Under the pieces are notes generated by a model. It ran no database searches, was not told where the DNA came from, and worked only from the letters and a program-made list of their open reading frames with translations. Both the position numbers and the translations under genes were made by a program. Below are positions 7,388 to 15,931 of a stretch of 54,253 nt of DNA, piece after piece (within the stretch, counting starts at the first letter, position 1; the number at the start of each line of letters is the position of its first letter). Where the stretch lies: positions 1-54,253 of the IMG/VR virus record IMGVR_UViG_3300037258_001211; one strand, written 5' to 3'. This DNA comes from a virus. Its lineage: Duplodnaviria; Caudoviricetes.

Positions 7388-10300
7388 CTATTGGGTTAGG
7401 GCGGCTGCCTTGGCCTGATTGGCCTGAGCCATGATGTCGTTCGCGCCGCCGAAACTCTGCGTCATCACCGTGACCGCTGCGGCTTCGCGCCAGCGCTCGA
7501 CCGTATCCTTGATCTGTTTTATCCGCACGCCGGCCGGTATCATGCTGTTAAACGCGGGCGACACCATCGCGTCGAGTTCCATCTTGATCATGCGCCCCGA
7601 GATCCGGGCATAATCGTCGTACTGCTGCGGGGTAAGCTGAACTCCTCGGATTTTCCGCGACACAGGACCGATCCCGATATGCAGCGCATCCATCGCCTGG
7701 ACGACCTTATCGTTGGCGTAGCGATCGACGGTTCCCGAACCTGTCGTAATCGGCTCGCCGAAGATGTCGCGGCGGGGATAGAGGGTTTCCGAGACAAAGG
7801 GGATATGGGCGCGGGCGGCGTCAAGGATGCCTTGGGCCTCGGTCGATTCACGGGTCTCGCGCTGATAAGGGTCAACGAACCGCGCGGCCTGTCCTAACCC
7901 GACCGAGAACGGCAACCAACTCGTCGCGAAATTCTGTATCCAGCGGTCGCCGTATTCCTCGGGATGATAGATCGCGTCGGTGAGGTCTTTGACGCCGCGC
8001 ATGAAGGTCTCGTCGAGAACCGAATGCGTGAGGCTTTCCATGAACGCCGCCGCGAGGTGCGCGCCGTCCTTTTCGCCCCAGCCCCGCGCCGTTTCGGTCA
8101 TGTTGGAGGCAAACCGCATCAGCATCCCGAGATGCCCGAGCCCCTGATACGAGAGCGTGATCGGTCCGACCGACATGCTATTCGGGCGATGATCGAGGAG
8201 CCAAACACGCCGCTGCTCGGGATCGGTCGGGCCGTCGCCGGTGATGAAGCCTTCCAGAACCCCGACCATCGCCGTCGCCATAAGCCCAGTTCCGGCCACG
8301 ACCTTGCCGATTTGCCTATCGAACGCGGCCCCCCCGCTTTGCATTGTCAGATTGCCGCGAACCTCACTCGACGCGAGCCCAAGCGGTGTCCGCTCGACGA
8401 AAGCGTTACGGACGATCTCAGAGCCGATCCGCATGAAGGGGGCGATGATCTTTGCCGGGAGCCAGCTGTTGGTAAATCGTGTTAGTGCCGCGCCCGCCGA
8501 ATGATAATCTTGGGGCCGCATGTAAAGCTCTTTCAGAGCGTTCCCGGCGGCCTCTTCCATCATCTCCGGCGTCGGGCTTTCGGTCAGTCTCGCGACGTGG
8601 AGATCGCGCGCATCGCCTTCCAGCCCCTTCGCCAAGGCATCACGCATCGCGAGCCCCTGGATTTCTTGCTCGTAACGGATTGCCTTGAAAAACGAGTGGA
8701 TCGAGCCGACCGCACGGCCTGGCGTTCCGAGCACTTTGCCGATACGCCCAGGGATGGGGATCAGAAGGCTTTGATCGATCATCCGGCTCGGAATGCGCTC
8801 GCCCGGCAGCGGCTTTGAATTCCAGTATTTCCACGCCTCGATCGCGGCCGGAATGCCTTCCCGGAAACCTTTTGCCAACCCATAGAGCTGCGCGCTGGCC
8901 TCGGCGAAATGCACCCGATCCGCCACGGGAATGCCTAGCGCTTCACGCGCCGCGCCCGACGTTGCCGCGATCGGCATCTCAACAAGAGGCGTCCATAGCG
9001 CATTAATCGCGTTGCCGACCGAGTAACGAAGATGGGTCAGCGGCCCCGAGATCAGCGCGTTGATGTAGTAGAAGACGATCGCGTTCCTGATCTTGCCATT
9101 CGCCGTGTCGCCGACAAACCGGCTGATCTGCCCGGGAGTCCGCAACGTGCTGCCGAATCGCGCCATCAAACGAAGCTGGTTGAGGTCGCGGCCTGTGTTC
9201 TGCTTGAGAAACTGGTTGAGGTCGCGGGTTTGTTCCCAGCCTTCCAGATTGCGGAACGCCCGGCCAGCGCGGCCCCATTCAGCCGTCGCCTGGGCAACCT
9301 TGCCCTGGATCATCTCATGCCGCGCCAGCTTCTTGGCAAGCCCGGCAAGGTCGGCGTCTGTCCCGCTGGCGGCCTTCTCCATCGCGGCTCGCACATCTGA
9401 AGCGGATTGCACAAGCATCTTGCGGGCGGCAAGGATTTGCTCGGCGCTGAATGCGTCGCCGATCTTCTTCCGATCGAGAAACGCGGGGTCTTTGCCCACC
9501 GCATCGGCGAGGTCGAGCATCTGACCATCGCTGATTTCGCCGCGCCGCTGGGTGACGAAATCGCCGTTGCGCTCGGCAACGTCGCGGAAAACCTGATCGA
9601 TATCTTCGGGCTGGTTGAGGTTGTCGAGCCGGATGTTGCCGGCCTTGTCGATCAGTCCGTCGTCTGTCGGCCCGAAGCTGGCGTTTGGCTCGGTGGGAGC
9701 TTCACCAGTTGACGCACCGCTGCGTCTTGCAGTCCCAACGCTGCGTCCGCCTTGTCGAACGCCGCCTTGTACAGCTTCCTCGCCCCCTGCGGGAGGTCCG
9801 GGTGGTTCAGAGCCGCCTTCGCCTTTCGGCGCATTTCCAGCAGCCTCTGTCTCCGACTTATAGGCATTTTCCAGATCCTCTAAGGATCGCGTGTTATCTG
9901 TATCATGAATCGCGTCCGGTTCCCATGCGTCTCCGCGAGACTCCATGAATGCTTTGGCGCGCTCGTCAGCTGCCGCGAAATCACGCTCGGCCTCGGCATC
10001 CATTGCGCCGATTTCGCGAGCGCGTTCCTCCATTGACAATTGTTCGGCGGCTAGATCGAAAAACTGCTCGCGGGTATAGTCGCGCGGGTCAACACCGAGC
10101 ACGTTCGCGATGCGGTCGATCTCCGCGTTGCTGCCCAGCGCCTTTTGATAAGCGTCCACGGCTGCGGCATCGTGCACGGAATAGCGCGGCTCGCCATTCA
10201 GATCAGCGCGAATAGCCTCGTACAAGTCGTTGATTGTCGGACGCTCAGAGTGTTCGGGGAAGTACCCCTCTTCCCATGCTTTTAGAGCCGCGTCGTCATG

Positions 10301-12484
10301 CGACATGCCCGTTCGGGCTTTGATAAGGCCCTTCGCATTAGGGTGATCGGCGATGGTCCTGATGTCGCTAGGATTGGCTTTGGCGTCTTCTCGCCCGCGC
10401 GCCGTGTTGACGCGACGCGAAAAGGTATCATCCCGTAGGCCGCCATTCTTCTTCAGCCAGTCCACGAGCCGCAGCGGAGCGCGAGGAACGGGAGCATAGA
10501 CGGACTTTGCACCACTCGCGGTCGGCCCCAACTCCCGCGCAGCACGAGGCGGCGTTTCCGGTGCAATGACCGGCTTTTCATCCTTGGTCGCGAGCATCCG
10601 GTCGAACACGCCCCGGATGTCATCATTGATCGGCGACCGCAGTTGCGTGGCCGTCTGATAAATGCGGGTCAGCCAGTCGCGGAACTTGGCGAAGACGCCA
10701 GCCAGTTTCGCGGAGGGAGCATGGCCCTCCATCATATAGCGCTCGAAACCGCGGGCGAACTTCTCGTGCGCCTTGGTCGGGATTTCCTCGCCGGATTTCG
10801 TGCCGAGCCAATCGTGAATGGTCTGTGCGTCTGCTTTCAGATCATCAGGTGCGCGCGGATCAGCGGCGTCGCCCATCATCTCTTCAAGCCAAGCGTGACC
10901 CGTCTCGTGGACGAAGGTCGAGGCATCGGCATCCTTGAACAGCTTGATCGTGGCCTTGGCGTTGTCGGTCGCGAGGCGGATGCTGCCCCGACGGGTTTGG
11001 TTGAGAGTCTGCGCCATCTCCATCGCCGGCTGTACGCCACGTCCGGCTTTTACGGCCGGGGCTTCTGCCGAATAGAGGTCTTCTGCCGTTCCCTTCGCGC
11101 CCTCAAACCGAGCGGCGCGCGCTTCGTAATGCGCCTGCACAAGTGCCCCGGCCGCGTTCGCTTCCTCGGCCGGGCGGCCAGCGGCGGCAAGCTGTTTCGA
11201 CACATCGCCCGCGATGCCGCCTTCGATCGGTGCGGCTGGCGTCCGCGCCTGAGTTTTAGCGGGCGCAGAAGCCGGTTGCGCGGTCGGGGCCGGCTGTTCA
11301 CTCGGAACCGTCGCCTCCGCCGCTGTGGCGGGCACCTGTGGGGTTGTTTGCTCAGGGCCGGCTTGCGGTGCGGTTTCGGGAACAGGTGCCTCTACGGGCT
11401 GCGCAGCGGGTTCCGCAGCCTGCGTCTCGGGGAACTGTTCGGCGGCTTGACGGTAGGCTGCCGACACGTCAGGCGCGAGGTCGCGCATCTGCACGTCCGT
11501 CGCCTGCATATCTTGCCTGATCTTCGCCATCTCTGGCGTATCGGTCGAACGCGCATCCGCAAGCGCTCGTGCTGCGCGGTCGGTCAGCCGGCTCTCGACG
11601 CCGTTCACCTTATCGAGGATGGCATTGACCTGTTGGTTGCGTATCTCGTCGATCCACTGACGGAACGTGTCACGCTGGCCGGACAGGGCGTCGTACTCGG
11701 CGAATGTGTCCGGAGCGATCTGGCGCGCGGCCTCGTGGATATCGGCAGGCGGCTGCTGCGGTGTTGGCGCTTCTGGAGCGGCTTCTGGCACCGGCGCTTC
11801 AACAGGCGCGGCTTGTGGCTGCACAACGCGCTCCGTTGCGCTCGGAACGCCGGTCGGGGCGAGAGCTTGGGTTGCTTCCGGCAAGCCCTGATAGCCCGCT
11901 TCGCCAGCGCCGACCGTCTTCAAATCGGCCGCACGCGCCAGCGTTGGCGGCAATTGCCCATGCGCCGCGTAATCCTGCGGGGTCGGTATGTTCACAGGCA
12001 ATCCCGTGAGATGCCCGGCGGGGAATGCCTCCATCAACGCTTGCGTGGTGGCAGCGGCAGCGCCGACCAGGCCCGGCACTTGCTCAGCCTCGCTGAGCGC
12101 CGCGCCACCAGCGCCCATGATGCCCTTTGCCGTTCTGGTGGCGGCATCGATGGCGACCGCCGCCGGTCGGATCAGCGCCTCGTTGAACGACTTGTAGAGG
12201 CTCGCCCGATTGTTCTGGTAGTCGTTGAAGACGCCGGCCTTTTTCAGCATCTCCTCGCCTTCGGGATCGAGCCCAAGAGGCGTTGAGCCCCACCCGCTCT
12301 TGAACCCCTGCCCCAGTACGTCGAGAATTCGCCCGGGTGTTCCCTGGCTGAAATACTCGTCCATGTCCGCGCCGCCGAGCGCGAGATCGTTCGTATTGAC
12401 CGGAGCCGGCCCGAACGCCTGCGTCGCGGTCGGAACTGGCTTCGGCCCGAACGCCTGCGTCGCTGTGGGAAGTTGGTCGGCCAT
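7388..12484 (-). CDS. Large internal virion/ejection protein (polyvalent, HExxH motif)
   Basis: 1698 aa; ADASTFVHETGH motif; third gene of the ejection cluster. Confidence 0.8.
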   Translation of the reverse strand: MADQLPTATQAFGPKPVPTATQAFGPAPVNTNDLALGGADMDEYFSQGTPGRILDVLGQGFKSGWGSTPLGLDPEGEEMLKKAGVFNDYQNNRASLYKSFNEALIRPAAVAIDAATRTAKGIMGAGGAALSEAEQVPGLVGAAAATTQALMEAFPAGHLTGLPVNIPTPQDYAAHGQLPPTLARAADLKTVGAGEAGYQGLPEATQALAPTGVPSATERVVQPQAAPVEAPVPEAAPEAPTPQQPPADIHEAARQIAPDTFAEYDALSGQRDTFRQWIDEIRNQQVNAILDKVNGVESRLTDRAARALADARSTDTPEMAKIRQDMQATDVQMRDLAPDVSAAYRQAAEQFPETQAAEPAAQPVEAPVPETAPQAGPEQTTPQVPATAAEATVPSEQPAPTAQPASAPAKTQARTPAAPIEGGIAGDVSKQLAAAGRPAEEANAAGALVQAHYEARAARFEGAKGTAEDLYSAEAPAVKAGRGVQPAMEMAQTLNQTRRGSIRLATDNAKATIKLFKDADASTFVHETGHAWLEEMMGDAADPRAPDDLKADAQTIHDWLGTKSGEEIPTKAHEKFARGFERYMMEGHAPSAKLAGVFAKFRDWLTRIYQTATQLRSPINDDIRGVFDRMLATKDEKPVIAPETPPRAARELGPTASGAKSVYAPVPRAPLRLVDWLKKNGGLRDDTFSRRVNTARGREDAKANPSDIRTIADHPNAKGLIKARTGMSHDDAALKAWEEGYFPEHSERPTINDLYEAIRADLNGEPRYSVHDAAAVDAYQKALGSNAEIDRIANVLGVDPRDYTREQFFDLAAEQLSMEERAREIGAMDAEAERDFAAADERAKAFMESRGDAWEPDAIHDTDNTRSLEDLENAYKSETEAAGNAPKGEGGSEPPGPPAGGEEAVQGGVRQGGRSVGTARRSGASTGEAPTEPNASFGPTDDGLIDKAGNIRLDNLNQPEDIDQVFRDVAERNGDFVTQRRGEISDGQMLDLADAVGKDPAFLDRKKIGDAFSAEQILAARKMLVQSASDVRAAMEKAASGTDADLAGLAKKLARHEMIQGKVAQATAEWGRAGRAFRNLEGWEQTRDLNQFLKQNTGRDLNQLRLMARFGSTLRTPGQISRFVGDTANGKIRNAIVFYYINALISGPLTHLRYSVGNAINALWTPLVEMPIAATSGAAREALGIPVADRVHFAEASAQLYGLAKGFREGIPAAIEAWKYWNSKPLPGERIPSRMIDQSLLIPIPGRIGKVLGTPGRAVGSIHSFFKAIRYEQEIQGLAMRDALAKGLEGDARDLHVARLTESPTPEMMEEAAGNALKELYMRPQDYHSAGAALTRFTNSWLPAKIIAPFMRIGSEIVRNAFVERTPLGLASSEVRGNLTMQSGGAAFDRQIGKVVAGTGLMATAMVGVLEGFITGDGPTDPEQRRVWLLDHRPNSMSVGPITLSYQGLGHLGMLMRFASNMTETARGWGEKDGAHLAAAFMESLTHSVLDETFMRGVKDLTDAIYHPEEYGDRWIQNFATSWLPFSVGLGQAARFVDPYQRETRESTEAQGILDAARAHIPFVSETLYPRRDIFGEPITTGSGTVDRYANDKVVQAMDALHIGIGPVSRKIRGVQLTPQQYDDYARISGRMIKMELDAMVSPAFNSMIPAGVRIKQIKDTVERWREAAAVTVMTQSFGGANDIMAQANQAKAAALTQ
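12407..12463 (-). repeat. 21-bp direct repeat (36-bp period) encoding PTATQAFGP twice
   Basis: cggcccgaacgcctgcgtcgc at 12407 and 12443. Confidence 0.85.
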
Positions 12485-14808
12485 CAGCGGAGCGGCACTT
12501 GCGGTTGGTATCCTGTCGGAGGCGGGGGCGCCCCATCAGGTACGATCCACCCTTTCTGGATCGCCGTCGCAATCGCGCGGTCGCGGAGGGCCGGGTCTTT
12601 CGCCACTGCCGCTTTCATGTCATCGAGGCTCGTGATCGCGTTGAGATCGATAGGATTGGTCGCCCCGAATGCGCCCTGTGCTTGGCTGCCGCTATCCATC
12701 GACTTCGTGTAATCAGAAAGCGCCTGCCCCATCGTGCGCTTGAACGGCTGGATCGTCTCTGGTGCACCGAGATAGTCGGGCTTCTTCGGGTTCAGCAGAT
12801 CGTCGGGATTCTTGCCCTGCGCCCGGTATTCGGCGACCTTGCCCTCGACCATCTGGCGATATTCGTAAGCTTTTTCCTTGCCGAGCGCATCGTTGGGAAG
12901 ACCCGGGAAGACGCCCGATTTATCGATCTGCGGTGTGATGCCCGTGAAAAACTCCTCCAGTCGTTTGGGGAATGGGTGGTCGCCCGGCGAGGACAACTCG
13001 TCGAACTTCTTCAGCGTGTAGTCGAGATCGGTGCGGTTGAGGCTGTGCATCTGGTCATAGACCTGATCCCGCGTCGTGATCTTGTTTGGATTGCCAAAGG
13101 GTAGCCTCATGCGGTCGATCAACGATTGCGCGGCGTTGTAGCTTTGCCCAGCCGGGACGGTTGAGCCCGGCGGATTGTTGATGAGATCGATCATCGCTTT
13201 GCGACGGTCGGGGTTTCCATCGAAGGCCGGGTCGGTCGCGATCTGCTGCGCCGTGATTGACGGTTGCTGACTGTACACGTCGGCGTAAATTGCGTTTTCA
13301 CGCTGGCGCATCGTGGCTTGTTGGAGTTGCGTCTGCACCTGCACGGCACGCGAGGCATCGGCTTCCTGCGCCTGATAGAGCACCTCGGCGTGGTTGAAGG
13401 CCGCATCGCGCTCCTGATCGTTGCGGAGCGTCGGGTCGGATTGGATGTTCTGCCATACCTGGGTGAGCATCGGCAGGCCGGTGCGGTTCGTTATCGGCGC
13501 GGCGTCAGAGGTGGGCTGAGGCGCAGTCGGCACAGCCGCGCCAACCCGCGACGCCGTGAGTTGCCGCACATCGCCCGCCGTGGCATTGGCGATATTCGGG
13601 TTGGCGTTTAGTACGGCCGGCGGAAAGAGTTGGCTCATCGGCGTGGATGGATCGGCGCTGAGTACCTTCGCCGCCCCGCCGGCACCGAGGAAATGCGCCA
13701 GATACAGCGCGCCATCGTCGGTCGGTAGATTTTGCGCGGTCAGCGATGCCGCGTTCTGCTGGGCGTAAGCCGCAGTCATTTGGCGCGACAGATTGGGATC
13801 ACCCTTCAGCGCCAGAATTTGCGCGTCGCTCTTGCCCTGTGCGACTGCTGGAGCCGCGCTTTTGACCATCGCCAGCCATGTAGAGTCGATGAATTGGCCC
13901 GGCCCACTGGCACTCGACAGCGGATTGCTGACGTTCTGACCGCCGCTTTCCGACCCGATAATGCGATCCGCGAGCGATCCCGAAAGTGCCGGCGTGCCCC
14001 CGGGCGTGCCGCCCATTCCGAGCGCCCGGTTCGCCGCTCCCGCAACCCGCAGTCCGACGCCCTTCGCCTCGGCCTTAGCGCGAATGACTTCCTGTGTGAT
14101 CGGGTCGAGGTCGCCGGCATGTTGGTCAAGTAGCGCGGTCGCCGCCTCGGGCTGCCCAACGTTGATGAGATGGTCCGCGCGCCCCGCGATAAGCTGCCGC
14201 TGCGCGCCCTTCCCGACCGTGTAAGCCTGCTCGTTCGTCAGCGCGCCCGATGCGATGCCCTGTTTGGTGAGGTTGTCGATATTGGCGAGCGCCGCCGGGA
14301 AAGCAACGGGATCAGTCGCCGTCGCGCCTATCTGCGAGAGGTTGTCGAGCTGTGCCTTGGTGCCGGCGACGTATTGGTCGCGGTAGATCGACGTATTGCG
14401 CAGTTGCGCATCGGCTTGGCCTTGCGCTGCGACATGCGCCCGCTCAGCCTGCCACATCTTCGCGGCGCCGGGATCGCTGAACGCGCTGGTCGCATCTTGA
14501 AGCGCCGCGCCATACTGCTGACCGAGCGCCGTCACCTTGGCCGGGTCGGTCTCGGTCTTCATCTGCTCGTTGAGTTGGATAACCTGGCCCGTCAGGTTCG
14601 CATCCGCCGTCGCGCGGTCCATCCGCACCTTGGCGATGTCGCCATAGGCCCCAACGGTCTCCGCCGCTTTCCCGGCCTTCTCCAATCCCTGCCCAAGCCC
14701 ACCCTGTGCCGCGATGACGGGATCGGTGGAATTGAAAGACGGGATCGCACCAGACGGCTGCGGAACAGCCGCCCCAAGCGATGTGAAGTCGGGGAGCGTG
14801 ATCGACAT
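12484..14808 (-). CDS. Internal virion protein with lytic transglycosylase-like domain
   Basis: IIGSESGG...SSASGPGQFIDSTW...LYLAHFLGAGGA. Confidence 0.85.
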   Translation of the reverse strand: MSITLPDFTSLGAAVPQPSGAIPSFNSTDPVIAAQGGLGQGLEKAGKAAETVGAYGDIAKVRMDRATADANLTGQVIQLNEQMKTETDPAKVTALGQQYGAALQDATSAFSDPGAAKMWQAERAHVAAQGQADAQLRNTSIYRDQYVAGTKAQLDNLSQIGATATDPVAFPAALANIDNLTKQGIASGALTNEQAYTVGKGAQRQLIAGRADHLINVGQPEAATALLDQHAGDLDPITQEVIRAKAEAKGVGLRVAGAANRALGMGGTPGGTPALSGSLADRIIGSESGGQNVSNPLSSASGPGQFIDSTWLAMVKSAAPAVAQGKSDAQILALKGDPNLSRQMTAAYAQQNAASLTAQNLPTDDGALYLAHFLGAGGAAKVLSADPSTPMSQLFPPAVLNANPNIANATAGDVRQLTASRVGAAVPTAPQPTSDAAPITNRTGLPMLTQVWQNIQSDPTLRNDQERDAAFNHAEVLYQAQEADASRAVQVQTQLQQATMRQRENAIYADVYSQQPSITAQQIATDPAFDGNPDRRKAMIDLINNPPGSTVPAGQSYNAAQSLIDRMRLPFGNPNKITTRDQVYDQMHSLNRTDLDYTLKKFDELSSPGDHPFPKRLEEFFTGITPQIDKSGVFPGLPNDALGKEKAYEYRQMVEGKVAEYRAQGKNPDDLLNPKKPDYLGAPETIQPFKRTMGQALSDYTKSMDSGSQAQGAFGATNPIDLNAITSLDDMKAAVAKDPALRDRAIATAIQKGWIVPDGAPPPPTGYQPQVPLR

Positions 14809-15554
14809 CAGAGCTGCCCGTAAGGCGCGGAGCCGATCTTCGTGTAGTAGCGAAGAGAGGCCCTATTCGTAGCGAAATTCGAGAATCCGGAGAGCAACGT
14901 CGTCGCGGCGTTGAGCGGGGCAGCTTGGCCGGCACGATTGCCCTGGAATAGATCGATCGATCCTTGGTATTGATCGGCTTGCGCGCGAGACTGGCCGTTG
15001 TAGAGCGCCGTGAGAGCGTTGTAATCGCCCTGTTGCGCCACCTGACCTTCGACGTTCAAGACGCTGGGATCGGTTGCCGAACCGCCCGACGCGGCGGAAA
15101 TCGCCTGATCGCGCGACAGCGTGAATTGGGTTTGCCGATTGGTCTGTTCCTGCTGGCGCTGGGCAGCCGCCGCGTCCTGGTTGGCTTTCTGCTGAAGCGC
15201 TTCGTTCTGGGCCTGTCCCAGCTCTTCCTGATATTTGCCTTGGTCTAGCGCGGATTTCGCCGACAGAGCCGTGCCGCCGATATTGGCGATCGCGCCAAGT
15301 GTGCCGAGAGAGGGAAGTGCAATTGCGGCCGCCGGAACCAGTGATGCGGCTGCAGCTGATCCCGCCGCTGCACCAAAACTCGCCAAACTTACGGGCGCCA
15401 AGGTCGCCGCACCTGCAGACCCCGCCGCGCCAGCCAGCCCCGCCAATTCCCCGATGCCAAAATCATGACAGAGGCTCGGCGGTTCATACCCATCCGCGAC
15501 GGGCATCCCGAGGTCGAGGCTATGCTTGATCAGGCGGAAAAATCGCATTTCCAC
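14808..15554 (-). CDS. Internal virion protein (T7 gp14-like position)
   Basis: Ala/Gly-rich hydrophobic N-terminus, Gln-rich coil, AASGGS motif; synteny. Confidence 0.7.
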   Translation of the reverse strand: MEMRFFRLIKHSLDLGMPVADGYEPPSLCHDFGIGELAGLAGAAGSAGAATLAPVSLASFGAAAGSAAAASLVPAAAIALPSLGTLGAIANIGGTALSAKSALDQGKYQEELGQAQNEALQQKANQDAAAAQRQQEQTNRQTQFTLSRDQAISAASGGSATDPSVLNVEGQVAQQGDYNALTALYNGQSRAQADQYQGSIDLFQGNRAGQAAPLNAATTLLSGFSNFATNRASLRYYTKIGSAPYGQL

Positions 15555-15931
15555 ACAGGGCGCCCATCGTCAGCAGGAGGAAGGGAGAGATCTGGAGCAA
15601 AACCAAGACGGCGAAGCCAGCGTTCGGCGCCCGCGATCCGGTCGCTGCAATAAGCGTGGACAGCGAGCGCACCGTGGGTTTTCAGCCCAGCAATCCAACC
15701 CGATACGGCGCGATGAATGAGGAAGGCGGAGATCGGCCCTCGCGTATCGACCCATGCCCACAGCCTGCCGTATTCGTCGCGGCTGATGATGCCGATCCCG
15801 ATCAACTGCCCATCCTGTTCGACGACTTCACCCCACCAATCGACGCACCAGCGAGGATCCGGATCTCGGCCCGAATAGGCGCGGAAATCATCAGGGTTTG
15901 CCGGGCGGAGGATCTGGCGGGTTCGGCTCAT
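15530..15931 (-). CDS. GNAT-like virion assembly protein (T7 gp13-like position)
   Basis: LIGIGII...AERWLRRLGF; follows tail tubular B. Confidence 0.65.
   Translation of the reverse strand: MSRTRQILRPANPDDFRAYSGRDPDPRWCVDWWGEVVEQDGQLIGIGIISRDEYGRLWAWVDTRGPISAFLIHRAVSGWIAGLKTHGALAVHAYCSDRIAGAERWLRRLGFAPDLSLPPADDGRPVWKCDFSA

Noticed and set aside
10643-12286. Long plus-strand ORFs antisense to structural genes (also 16440..17414, 21905..23185, 24997..26478, 27525..28502, 38178..39206)
   Set aside because: Shadow ORFs expected from high-GC codon bias; Arg-rich, no motifs, fully overlapping well-supported genes
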